A stretch of 64,000 nt of DNA from a bacterium (GTDB taxonomy: Bacteria; UBA8248). The notes beneath the pieces are model-generated. The model made no database searches and had not been told where the DNA came from. It saw nothing but the letters and a program-made list of their open reading frames with translations. A program made the position numbers and the translations under genes. Below, in pieces: positions 11,333 to 20,822 of this stretch; position 1 is the stretch's first letter, and every line of letters starts with the position of its first letter. Location of the stretch: the NCBI GenBank assembly GCA_965207065.1, contig OZ242260.1:992001-1056000 (forward strand), read 5' to 3'.

Positions 11333-11812
11333 TCAGAGCACCCCCGCAAGCGGTCCGGCGGGCGATTTCGCCCGCTCCGCGGCAAAGGGCCCGACCCAGT
11401 CGGTCTTATCGGCCTCTTCGTAAACGATGGCGTCGGTCGGACAAACGGACGCGCATGCGGGGTTTCCGCCGCACAGGTCGCACTTGAACGCCTTGTGGGT
11501 GTCGATGTCGTAGAACATCGTTCCGTAGGGACACGCGATGGTGCAGAGCTTACAGCCCACGCAAATGTCGTCCGCGACATCCTTCGCCCCGGCAGGCGAG
11601 ATGCCGATCGCCTCGACCGGACACGCCGTCAGGCACCATGCCTCGTCGCACTGCGGACAGGTATAGGGCGCATAGCTCGTATGGCCCTCGAACGCAGAGA
11701 CGCGAATCACCGCCTTCGAAGGCTGGAACGTCCCCGTCTGCTCGTAAGAACATGCGAGTTCGCACCGCATGCAGCCCGTACATTTCTCGGGAATGATCTT
11801 GAGTATTTTCAT
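11333..11812 (-). CDS. Four-cluster [4Fe-4S] electron-transfer subunit (AorA-like)
   Basis: 16 Cys in CxxCxxCxxxC-type motifs. Confidence 0.92.
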   Translation of the reverse strand: MKILKIIPEKCTGCMRCELACSYEQTGTFQPSKAVIRVSAFEGHTSYAPYTCPQCDEAWCLTACPVEAIGISPAGAKDVADDICVGCKLCTIACPYGTMFYDIDTHKAFKCDLCGGNPACASVCPTDAIVYEEADKTDWVGPFAAERAKSPAGPLAGVL

Positions 11813-11967
11813 CGCACCCCCACGATTTGATGAAAGGGCTTCCCGTATCGCATCTCACGCGTCTCGACACGAAAAACACATCTTTGGAAGAATGAAGACG
11901 CGCTCATTCTCGCAGAGACGGACAACTCGGGTCAAACCAAAATCCCGATTTTCACTCGCGCGGAGCG

Positions 11968-12849
11968 TCAGCCACCCGAAGTTACCAGAACGGCCCCCGC
12001 TACGACGATCAGCGTGCCGACCACCAGGCGCTTTGTGATGACTTCCAGGTCGCGCAGCAGTACCACCGACAACAAAAGAACGAAAATCGGCGTCATGCGA
12101 ACGAGCGGGGAAATCACCGCAAGCTGCCCGTCGCGCAGCGAGGTCCAGAACAGCACAGCGGAGAAGAGCCCGAACACGCCTGCCGGAACGCATGCCGCCG
12201 CAACCCGCATGCTCCACTGAAACTTCTGATCCTGCGAGGCGAAGCGCGAGGAAGCCAACAAACCCACGTTGGCTATCAGTGTGGCCACCAGAATGCCCAG
12301 CCATGGCGCGTTCATGGCGGCCAGCCCCGCTTTCCGGAGATACGGTGTAACGCTGAAAGCCGCCATTGCGATGAAAGCGAAGGTGTAACGCTTCAGCGAA
12401 TACTCTCCCGAAATCCGCTCGCCGGTGAGCCAAATCATCCCGATGACGATAAGCAGGATTCCCAGCCAGACGCCGACGTCCGGACGTTCGCCCAGTATTA
12501 CAACGCCCATCAGCGCCGAACCGATGGGAGTCGCCGCCACGAGCGCGTTCGTTCTACTCACCCCGACGTTCTTACTCGATCGAAGAGCACAGTAACGCGC
12601 TACGAGATTCCCCACCAAGCCCGTAATAAGATACAAGATGAGAGCCGCCACCCAATCGCCTGCATAGATATCGAAAGATGGTGAGAATACGACGGCAAGG
12701 ACCGCCATCCACCCGTTCACCCAAAAGATGATCGTGAGCGCCGAGGCGCGTTCGAGCAATCTGCGAACGAGAATTTGGTTGCAGGCGAACAAGAAGGCGC
12801 CCAACAAAGCACGCAACTCCGGCGGTGCGTCAACGACAAGATTCAGCAT
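11968..12849 (-). CDS. EamA/DMT family transporter
   Basis: About 10 hydrophobic segments, ILGERP motif, internal duplication. Confidence 0.85.
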   Translation of the reverse strand: MLNLVVDAPPELRALLGAFLFACNQILVRRLLERASALTIIFWVNGWMAVLAVVFSPSFDIYAGDWVAALILYLITGLVGNLVARYCALRSSKNVGVSRTNALVAATPIGSALMGVVILGERPDVGVWLGILLIVIGMIWLTGERISGEYSLKRYTFAFIAMAAFSVTPYLRKAGLAAMNAPWLGILVATLIANVGLLASSRFASQDQKFQWSMRVAAACVPAGVFGLFSAVLFWTSLRDGQLAVISPLVRMTPIFVLLLSVVLLRDLEVITKRLVVGTLIVVAGAVLVTSGG

Positions 12850-13003
12850 GTCACAATCCCAACTGAGAAAAGCGCTCGGGAGGAAGAAGACTCTGTGAGG
12901 ACGAATATATCCATCACCTTAGCGCGTGAATTGATTGATCTATACTGTGCCATCCCACACCTATCATAAAAAAATGGCGAATCGATGCAGGGTGCAATAG
13001 CGC

Positions 13004-13888
13004 CTACCTGCCCAATACGATCAGCACAGCGCCCTCCACGGCGAGCAGCCCGCCTGCGATCACGCGCAAATTGATGCGTTCTAGCCTTTGATAAAAAAAC
13101 CAGGAAAACAATATTAAAAATAAAATGGAGAGCCGGTTAATCGGGATCACCTCTATGAGCTTTCCGTTTTTTATGGAGAGCCAAAAGCAGTACGCCGAAA
13201 TAATGTTGAAAAGCCCTCCGATGAGAACCAGCCATAGGCTTTTTCTATTCCAGGTTTTGGGATTGAGCTCATGATTTTTGACAAACGGTATGGAACCGAG
13301 CTGGAGAAGCGCGCCCGCCAACGCCGTGGTGGCGATGCCGAAAGCGGGTGAAGGAATCGTCTGAAACGCGAGCTTTCGCAATGGCGGAGCGAAGGAGAAG
13401 AAAAAGGCCGCCAAAATCGGCAGGAGATAATATAAAAAGGGAGCACGCTTGCCTCCCGCTCCTCTTTCCTGCACAAGGAGAATCGCACCCAAAACGATAG
13501 CGAAAGTACCCAGGGCAATCGGGAAATTGATCGTCTCGCCGAAGAGGAGCATGGCCAAAAAAGCGCTCCATATAGGATGGATTTGCAAAAAAATCTGGGA
13601 GCGCGCCATTCCGATGAGCGTGGCCGAGATGAAGTTCAGGTTTCTTGACAAAAAATGAGAACAAAGCCCCGCCAGGACGAACCAGAAAATCCCCACCAGA
13701 GGCCATTTTTCGAGACCGGCACCCAGCACGTATATAGTCGAAGCGTAAGTTACCAGCGTTAAATTGGTCACAAAAGTGATCGCCTTCGGTCCTATCCACT
13801 GAAGGGCGCCTCGATAAATTGTTTGTGTGGCTGCCAAAAAGACAGCGGACAGGAAAGACAAAAAAATAGGGGGGAGCGATTCGATCAA
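13004..13888 (-). CDS. EamA/DMT family transporter (start uncertain)
   Basis: About 10 TM segments, LFGETI and LERI motifs; probable TTG start at 13888. Confidence 0.8.
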   Translation of the reverse strand: MIESLPPIFLSFLSAVFLAATQTIYRGALQWIGPKAITFVTNLTLVTYASTIYVLGAGLEKWPLVGIFWFVLAGLCSHFLSRNLNFISATLIGMARSQIFLQIHPIWSAFLAMLLFGETINFPIALGTFAIVLGAILLVQERGAGGKRAPFLYYLLPILAAFFFSFAPPLRKLAFQTIPSPAFGIATTALAGALLQLGSIPFVKNHELNPKTWNRKSLWLVLIGGLFNIISAYCFWLSIKNGKLIEVIPINRLSILFLILFSWFFYQRLERINLRVIAGGLLAVEGAVLIVLGR

Positions 13889-14034
13889 GGTCCATCCAGG
13901 GGACAGAGAAATGAAACGAAGCGATTGCCTCGCATTATGACACGAGTAGCCGGCATCCGTAATCCGAGTCCCGCGCGAAACAAGGCGCCGCATGATATAT
14001 TCCCGGCTCCCGACTCCATTCGAGGATACAGAAA

Positions 14035-14709
14035 ATGACGCAGAACTCACCGAAGCCCGCCACGGAGATATTTCCCGAATACGCCCTGTTGCCCGAAATG
14101 TACGCGCGTGAAGTAGAAGGCCTCACAGAGGAGCAAATCGATCTGAAACAACCCGAAAAAAGTTGGGGACTATGGTCGATTCGCGAGCAGGTCAGCCACA
14201 TGGGTTACGTGAATTACAGGTGGTTTTTGCAGGTCTGGGGGAAATCCCTGTTTGGAGAGGATTTGCCGAGGCCGAAATCCCTATACGACACGGGCGGCGC
14301 AGATCGTCTCCTCGATCCCGAACGATTTCATGAGATGGGCGATTTGCTCGCAGCTTATGAAGACGGCTGCCATTTGGCGCAGGACATTCTGAAAAATGAA
14401 ACCAGTGAATCCCTGCGGGAAAAAACCAAAGAAAGGGAAGTTCCTCAAAACTACGAATGGCCTTCAGGCGATAAGTATATCGACTGGCTGGAAAACGTGG
14501 TCCTCAAAATCCACCCCGACGGCTTCTGGCGAGACGAGAAGAAAGACAACGTTTTTCACTACAACCTGGAGTGGACATTTCGCCATGTCCTCTGGGAAGG
14601 GTATGCCCATCTCAAAACCATCCAGGCGCACAAGCAAGCGCAGGGATTCGAAGCAAAGATAATGCTGGATGAGGGCGTAGGCTACCTCGCCGCGCTCACC
14701 TGGGAGTGA
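14035..14709 (+). CDS. DinB-superfamily protein
   Basis: WSIREQVSHM N-terminal motif and RHVLWEGYAHLKTI C-terminal motif. Confidence 0.7.
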   Translation: MTQNSPKPATEIFPEYALLPEMYAREVEGLTEEQIDLKQPEKSWGLWSIREQVSHMGYVNYRWFLQVWGKSLFGEDLPRPKSLYDTGGADRLLDPERFHEMGDLLAAYEDGCHLAQDILKNETSESLREKTKEREVPQNYEWPSGDKYIDWLENVVLKIHPDGFWRDEKKDNVFHYNLEWTFRHVLWEGYAHLKTIQAHKQAQGFEAKIMLDEGVGYLAALTWE

Positions 14710-15238
14710 GCATTCGTTGCACCAGCCCCTCGGGCGTATCGTCGACCGAGAATAGATTTAAACTTTTCTGCGTGATGAAACCCTCCTCGCGCGTATGGCG
14801 TAAAAACCCCAGCAAAGGATCATAATAGCCGCGCACGTTGAGCAGGCCGACGGGCTTTTCGTGATACCCGAGCTGAAGCCAGGTGATCATCTCCATAGTT
14901 TCCTCCAGCGTGCCGAGCCCACCCGGCAACGTGATGAAGCCATCGGACAATTCCGCCATCAACGCTTTTCTCTCGTGCATCGTACGCACGACGCGAAGCT
15001 CGGTGATCCCCTCATGGGCGACTTCCATGTCCATCAACTTATCGGGTATTACGCCGGTAACCTCGCCTCCGCTTTCGAGCACGGCGTCGGCCAGAACGCC
15101 CATGAGTCCGATACCCCCCGCGCCATACACCACGCCGATTCCGCGCTCGCACAAAGCATGTCCCAAGACTCGCGCCGCCTCCCGATACTCGGGCCGAACC
15201 CCTTTTGACGAACCGGCGAAAACACATATCCGTTTCAA
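14696..15238 (-). CDS. LOG family nucleotide phosphoribohydrolase
   Basis: ICVFAGSS, GLMG, MHERKALM, PGGLGTLEE. Confidence 0.93.
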   Translation of the reverse strand: MKRICVFAGSSKGVRPEYREAARVLGHALCERGIGVVYGAGGIGLMGVLADAVLESGGEVTGVIPDKLMDMEVAHEGITELRVVRTMHERKALMAELSDGFITLPGGLGTLEETMEMITWLQLGYHEKPVGLLNVRGYYDPLLGFLRHTREEGFITQKSLNLFSVDDTPEGLVQRMLTPR

Positions 15239-15364
15239 GGAAATTTCCTCCCTGCCGGGCCGCTAGACGGGCGACGCATCGACATTTTGTGAACCTTACT
15301 TTTCATTCCCAACCACAGGATGGTTGGCACTATCCATCTTACTACCGCTACACTCAACTTCGCC

Positions 15365-16093
15365 ATGAAAATTCTCATCTGGAACATCATGCACGGCGGC
15401 GGACGACGGGCACCCAAAATCGTGGAGCGCATCCGTAACGGAAGACCCGACCTCATCATGCTGACGGAGTTCCGAGGCACACCTCCCAGCCGGGAGCTCG
15501 CCGCCCGTATAAAGGAAATGGGACTTTCCCAACAACTAAAGACGACATCCGAAAGCCATCCGGCCAGAAACGCCCTGCTACTCGCCTCGCGCTGGCCGCT
15601 CAAGCGCATTCACTGGAAGAGGCCGCCCGAGCCCAAGGAGCGCCGCCTGCTCGCACACGTTCGCGCGCCCACGCCCATCTCCATCGCCGCCGTGCACGTG
15701 CCCAACCGCGTAAGCGGAATCAAATATCCCTTCCTGGATGCGCTTTGCGATTTGACTTGCCGCTGGCGCGGTGGCGGAGCCTTACTGGCAGGTGATTTCA
15801 ACACCGGGCGAATCGGTGAGGATGAAAGCGTAAAATGTTTCAACCGGCGTGAAGACGATTTCATGACGTCCTTGGCCAAGACGGGCTGGGCGGATGCCTA
15901 CCGCAGCGTCCATGGCCAAAAACGCGCATATACCTGGCGCGCGCCCGGCGGTGGGGGGAGTTTCCGGCTGGATCATGCGTTCATCAATCGGCACGCTCAT
16001 GGCAGGTTGCTCGGCGCGCGCATTGATTGGCCGCCGGGAGACCCCAGGCCGCCGAGCGATCACGCCGCATTGTGGATCACGTTGAAAGATTGA
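15365..16093 (+). CDS. Endonuclease/exonuclease/phosphatase family protein
   Basis: WNI, LTE, GDFN, RLDH and SDH catalytic motifs. Confidence 0.88.
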   Translation: MKILIWNIMHGGGRRAPKIVERIRNGRPDLIMLTEFRGTPPSRELAARIKEMGLSQQLKTTSESHPARNALLLASRWPLKRIHWKRPPEPKERRLLAHVRAPTPISIAAVHVPNRVSGIKYPFLDALCDLTCRWRGGGALLAGDFNTGRIGEDESVKCFNRREDDFMTSLAKTGWADAYRSVHGQKRAYTWRAPGGGGSFRLDHAFINRHAHGRLLGARIDWPPGDPRPPSDHAALWITLKD

Positions 16094-16146
16094 ATCTGGA
16101 AGTAGTAGAAAAAGGTTGCTCTTTTAGAACGGACGGGAGAAAAACC

Positions 16147-17325
16147 TTGAGCAGACCCCTTGAGGGCATCAAAGTACTGGACCTGACCCGCCTCGTCTCG
16201 GGCGGAATGTACGGCATGCAACTGGCCGACGCCGGCGCCGATGTCGTCAAGGTCGAAGTCCCAGGACGCGGGGATACACTACGCGCATGGAACCCGTACT
16301 GGTGGAAGGTCTATGGCCGGGGAAAGAGATCCATCACTGTAGACCTCACCAAGCAACGAGGGCAGGAGCTCATCCGGAAGCTGGCGGCTGAGGCGGACGT
16401 TCTCGCAGAGAATTTTTTCGTCGGCAAACTAGAAAGCTGGGGGCTCGGGCCGGACGATCTGTGGAAGGTGAACCCGAAACTCATCGTCGTCCGGATATCC
16501 GGATGGGGGCAGGACGGGCCTTACCGCGACAGGCCGGGCTTCGGCACCCTGGTGGAGGCGATGTCGGGCTTTGCCGATATGAACGGATTTCCCGACTCCC
16601 CTCCCCTGGCTCCTCCACAGCCCCTGGCCGACATGACGGCCGCGCTCCAGGGCGTCGCCTCCACCATGTTCGCGCTCTACCACCGCGACGCTCTGGGGGG
16701 CGGCAAGGGACAGGTGATCGACCTGGCGCTTTACGAGCCGCTCTTCACGATGCTGGGTCCACAGGCGGCCCGTTATCTCATCGAAGGCAAAAAACGCCCC
16801 CGCCTGGGCAACCGCTCCGAAAACTCGGCGCCCAGAAACATCTATCCCACGAGCGACGGAAAGTGGGTGGCGATATCCGCCTCCACCCAGCCGATGTATG
16901 AGCGCCTTGCCCGCGCCCTGGAGCGCGAAGACCTCATCACCGACGAGCGGTTCAGGAACAACGAGACACGCGTCGAGTATCATGATGCGCTCGATAAAAT
17001 CGTGGCCGACGCAATAGCAAAACTTAGCTGCGACGAGAACATGGAGAGATTCAACGCGGGCGGCGTAACGGCGAGCCCCGTCTATGACATTGAAGACATT
17101 CTCTCAGATCCCCACTTTCAGGCGAGAAATCTGGTGCGCCACGTGCCGGACGCGGATTTCGGCGCCGTGCCCATGCAGGGCGCTTTTCCGAGGATGTCAG
17201 AGACGCCCCTCGACATCGCCTGGACAGGGCCGGCCCTCGGAGAGCACACCGAAAAAATTCTCGCCGAATGGCTGAGCATGGCATCCCCGGAAATCGAGCG
17301 CCTGCGAATCGAAGAAGTGCTGTAA
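16147..17325 (+). CDS. Family III CoA-transferase (CaiB/BaiF)
   Basis: PLEGIKVLDLT, LADAGADVVKVE, GWGQDGPY, GPALGEHT. Confidence 0.93.
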   Translation: MSRPLEGIKVLDLTRLVSGGMYGMQLADAGADVVKVEVPGRGDTLRAWNPYWWKVYGRGKRSITVDLTKQRGQELIRKLAAEADVLAENFFVGKLESWGLGPDDLWKVNPKLIVVRISGWGQDGPYRDRPGFGTLVEAMSGFADMNGFPDSPPLAPPQPLADMTAALQGVASTMFALYHRDALGGGKGQVIDLALYEPLFTMLGPQAARYLIEGKKRPRLGNRSENSAPRNIYPTSDGKWVAISASTQPMYERLARALEREDLITDERFRNNETRVEYHDALDKIVADAIAKLSCDENMERFNAGGVTASPVYDIEDILSDPHFQARNLVRHVPDADFGAVPMQGAFPRMSETPLDIAWTGPALGEHTEKILAEWLSMASPEIERLRIEEVL

Positions 17326-17328
17326 TAG

Positions 17329-18171
17329 TCAGCCTCTGGAAAACAGAATCACCGACACCGCGGCGAATACGACGCCCACCCCTTTTCGCAGCGTTAATCT
17401 TTCTTTCAGAAAAATGATGGCGAGCACACCGGTCAACACGAAACTCAACTGGGCGATGGGCGCCACGACGACCGCCTCGCCATAGGTGAAACCCACGGCG
17501 ATGGCCACATAACTCGAAGAGGTGAGCACGCCGCACACGAAGGGGAGCCAGAGCGGTACGCCACCCCTGGGCAACGGGTCTTTTTGCAGGAGCACGTAGG
17601 GTACGGCCATGCAGAAGACGCCCACGCTCTGCATCGCCGTCATCATGGCGGGTTTGGCTCCCATGCCGAGTCCCAGCTTGTAGAACAACCCGATGACGCC
17701 GAACATGCACATGGCGCCAATCGCCAAGCCGACGGAACGCTTATTCCCGACGGACGCCGTCACACCGCTGCCGCCCGCCGTCACGGCGAGAGCCGCCAAA
17801 ACCAGAGCGAGGCCCTTGATGAGATTGACACTCTCGCCCAGGAAAAAAATCGTAAGGGCGGCCGTAACCGCGAAATTCAGGCGGACGATCGGCACGAGCG
17901 CCACCGCCTCGCCCCGCCGCAGGGCGAGCAAAACGAATAAAAACGCGGTGAACGCCAATATCCCGTTGATGAAGCCAAAGGCGAGGCCCGGATTCCAGAG
18001 CAACTCGTCGCGATAGTAGGCCAGGCCGAATGCGTTGGGCAGATACGCCATGTTTTGCAGAAACATGAAGGGCCCGCTTCGCATATCCCATTGCTGGCCC
18101 CATTTATAGAGAAAGTCATTGACGCCGAGAAAGCACAACGACATAAGCGCGAAGATGACTTCGGGCGGCAT
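17329..18171 (-). CDS. EamA/DMT family transporter
   Basis: 10 TM segments, FLGE and FLKERL motifs. Confidence 0.85.
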   Translation of the reverse strand: MPPEVIFALMSLCFLGVNDFLYKWGQQWDMRSGPFMFLQNMAYLPNAFGLAYYRDELLWNPGLAFGFINGILAFTAFLFVLLALRRGEAVALVPIVRLNFAVTAALTIFFLGESVNLIKGLALVLAALAVTAGGSGVTASVGNKRSVGLAIGAMCMFGVIGLFYKLGLGMGAKPAMMTAMQSVGVFCMAVPYVLLQKDPLPRGGVPLWLPFVCGVLTSSSYVAIAVGFTYGEAVVVAPIAQLSFVLTGVLAIIFLKERLTLRKGVGVVFAAVSVILFSRG

Positions 18172-18481
18172 ACGCGACTCCCCGGCGCGGACGTCCCTGC
18201 CCGCCACGCATAACTCTTGGCTGATGGGGGGATGAAAGCGCCCTCGATTCAGGGAAGCTTCAAAGGGCAGGCTTCAAAACCGAAAAAATGATACGGCCCC
18301 CACCCCGGCGTGTCAACGGAATGAATGACGGCGAATTACTCCATATTCCGTAATACGACCGGCTTGGCGTAACCTTTGGGGCGTAAAACATGCTATCTTG
18401 GAGTTCATAGGCCAGACAAAATCGTTACAATCCAAAATACTGAGTGTTTTTCTGTCATCTTTCAACAAAGGAGCCGAGGGA

Positions 18482-18946
18482 TTGGGTCGTGAATATCCGC
18501 TTCGCCCGATTGTCGGCGTAGGGGCCATCATCCTCGAAAACGAAAACGTCCTCATCGTCCGCCGGGGACAACCTCCCAAAATGGGCGCCTGGAGTATTCC
18601 AGGCGGCGGCGTCCACCTGGGAGAAGACCTCGAAGAAGCCTGTATGCGGGAGGTCAAGGAAGAAACCGGCCTGGATGTAGAAATTCTCTCTGAAGGCAGA
18701 GTATTGAACCGCGTTACCAGGGACGAATGGGGGCGCGTGCAATTTCATTATGTGCTAATCGACTTTGTGTGTCAGCCCACCGGGGGCGTGCTTGGGGCGG
18801 CGAGCGATATTTCGGAAGCCAAGTGGGTTCCGTTAAGCGAGGTATCCACCATGCGTCCGATGACGAGTGGAACGGCGGAATTCATACTGGAATCGGTCGC
18901 CGCGCTTAACCAATTGTCGCGGTGGAAATATCGAGAAATCACATGA
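18482..18946 (+). CDS. NUDIX hydrolase (ADP-ribose pyrophosphatase-like)
   Basis: Nudix box GGVHLGEDLEEACMREVKEETGL; AAAGGAG upstream of TTG 18482. Confidence 0.92.
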   Translation: MGREYPLRPIVGVGAIILENENVLIVRRGQPPKMGAWSIPGGGVHLGEDLEEACMREVKEETGLDVEILSEGRVLNRVTRDEWGRVQFHYVLIDFVCQPTGGVLGAASDISEAKWVPLSEVSTMRPMTSGTAEFILESVAALNQLSRWKYREIT

Positions 18947-19665
18947 ATGACTGCACAGAAAAAAAACCACCGAATCAACAACTCGCCGCTTTGTTTTTAC
19001 GTCTCGCCGCACGTGAACTCCAAACGCCCGCCTCTCACCTGAAAAGCAGATTTCTCGCCCTGGCCGAGGAATCAGACCCCTGGAAGGCGCGTGAGGAGAT
19101 TCGGGAATTATCCGAGAACATGCATCTTTTAAGCCGCCTCATCGAAACGCTCTCCGACGCCGCCGACATCGAAACGCAGCATGTAACCCTGGAGAACGCC
19201 GAAATTAATCTCGCGCACCTTTTCAGCGAGCGCATCGGCAAGCGGTTGTGGAGTTTTCCATCTTTTCGGTTTTTACCTGAACTACCGCCTCGGCTCGATA
19301 TATACGGCGACAGGACGAGGCTCACTTTTCTTATCGATGATCTGCTGGACGCGTCCATCCACATTGCGCCCGAGGGCGGCATCATCCACGCATTTCTAAT
19401 GAGAGAAAACGACCGTATCTTTTTATCGACCACCAACCGCGACGCGGAAATTCCGCCTTTTTGTTTCGATTCGTTCATCGACTGGATGGCGAAAGACCTT
19501 GAAAATCCGGGCGCGCTTCAGGGAATCGGAATCGGTCTCTATCGAAGCCATCTCACCGCCCTTATCCTGGGTGGGCGCCTGGATATCACGTCACCTCCCG
19601 AGGGTGGCGCATCTTTCAGAGTAGAGTTTCCCGTTCATCATACACAACAATCCGATCTTCCATAG
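18943..19665 (+). CDS. Degenerate histidine-kinase-like protein (DHp plus HATPase fold) without the phospho-His
   Basis: ARELQTP in place of xHELRTP; GDRTRL, GIGIGL, LGGRLDITSPPEGGASFRVEFP. Confidence 0.7.
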   Translation: MNDCTEKKPPNQQLAALFLRLAARELQTPASHLKSRFLALAEESDPWKAREEIRELSENMHLLSRLIETLSDAADIETQHVTLENAEINLAHLFSERIGKRLWSFPSFRFLPELPPRLDIYGDRTRLTFLIDDLLDASIHIAPEGGIIHAFLMRENDRIFLSTTNRDAEIPPFCFDSFIDWMAKDLENPGALQGIGIGLYRSHLTALILGGRLDITSPPEGGASFRVEFPVHHTQQSDLP

Positions 19666-19677
19666 GAATACATCTAC

Positions 19678-20751
19678 ATGACTGAGAAGAAGCGAATTTC
19701 CGAAGAAGCGCTCGTTCGTTTCGCAACGAAAATCATCATGGCCTTGGGGGCTCCCGAGGAGCGCGCCAGGGTGACGGCGGAAATCCTCACAGCGGCGGAT
19801 ATGCGCGGTATTTCGAGCCACGGCGTGGCGGGCGGGACGGGATTGCGCGAACTCGTCGAGCGCATCCGAAAAGACGCCATCGACCCAAAAGCCATTCCGA
19901 GCGTCAAGCAAAATGAAAACTGGGCCGTCGCCACCATGGATGCGAAAGCCGGCATCGGCCCCGCGGCAGCGATGGATGCGACCCGCCTCGCAGGAGATTT
20001 GGCGGAAAAATACGGCATCGGAAAAGTGTATGTGCACAACGCGAATCATTTCGGGGCGGCGTGCGTCTATGTCGAGGCGCTCACCGAGCGGGGTCTGGCC
20101 GGACGCGCCACATGCACCTCCGGCGCCTGGATGAAGCCTTTCGGGGGAAACAGGATCCGCCTGGGCACGAACCCCATTGCCTGGGGAGCGCCCGCGGGGG
20201 ATCAGGCCATCGTCATCGACGTGGCTATGACTCAGCGCGCCGTGAGTCCTGCCATTCGCGCCAGCCGCGCGGGAGAAGAGATACCGCCCGATTATTTCCT
20301 TCATGAAAACGGAGAGGTCATGTCCGGGCGCGTAGCGTATGACGAACTTATCAAAGGCTCCGTGCTTCCTTTGGGGGGAACGCAATTCGGCTATAAGGGT
20401 TCCGGTCTCGCCGTGTTGATCGATTTGGACGGCGTCATCGGCGGCGGCTCGACACAACACATTCCGACGCTGCGCGTCCAACCCGATGCCCGCATCACCC
20501 AGACGATAGAGGCCTGGAGGCTGGACGCGCTCTATCCCCTGGAAGATGTGAAGAAGCGACTGGCCGAGGCGGTGCGTGACATCAAAAGCTGCGGGGGGCC
20601 GGAAATGTTGCTTCCCGGAGAGCGCGAGGCCCGGAATAAAACGGACGCGGAAAAATACGGCATCCCCTATGAAGCCAGCCAGTGGGAAGCGCTCGACATG
20701 ATAGGGGGCTGGCTGGGGGTCGAGCCGCCAGCAGCCATGCAGGAGTTGTGA
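19678..20751 (+). CDS. Ldh2-family (malate/L-lactate/sulfolactate-type) oxidoreductase
   Basis: ADMRGISSHG, NHFGA, GTNPIAW, GYKGSGLA, LPGERE. Confidence 0.9.
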   Translation: MTEKKRISEEALVRFATKIIMALGAPEERARVTAEILTAADMRGISSHGVAGGTGLRELVERIRKDAIDPKAIPSVKQNENWAVATMDAKAGIGPAAAMDATRLAGDLAEKYGIGKVYVHNANHFGAACVYVEALTERGLAGRATCTSGAWMKPFGGNRIRLGTNPIAWGAPAGDQAIVIDVAMTQRAVSPAIRASRAGEEIPPDYFLHENGEVMSGRVAYDELIKGSVLPLGGTQFGYKGSGLAVLIDLDGVIGGGSTQHIPTLRVQPDARITQTIEAWRLDALYPLEDVKKRLAEAVRDIKSCGGPEMLLPGEREARNKTDAEKYGIPYEASQWEALDMIGGWLGVEPPAAMQEL

Positions 20752-20822
20752 TCCGCCAGACCTACAATCTGCAGGGTATCGGTTACAGAACGGCGGTCTG
20801 AGCCGCATCCGCAAATTATCCC

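Noticed and set aside
11813-11967. Moco/Wco riboswitch upstream of the AOR operon
   Set aside because: No recognisable consensus seen; an Rfam scan would decide
14035-16093. DinB, LOG and EEP genes as an anti-phage defence system
   Set aside because: Mixed orientations, common housekeeping families and no defence or mobility context
18317-18333. GGAATGAATGACGGCG as another CGTC repeat copy
   Set aside because: Short partial match with no palindromic partner; could be chance
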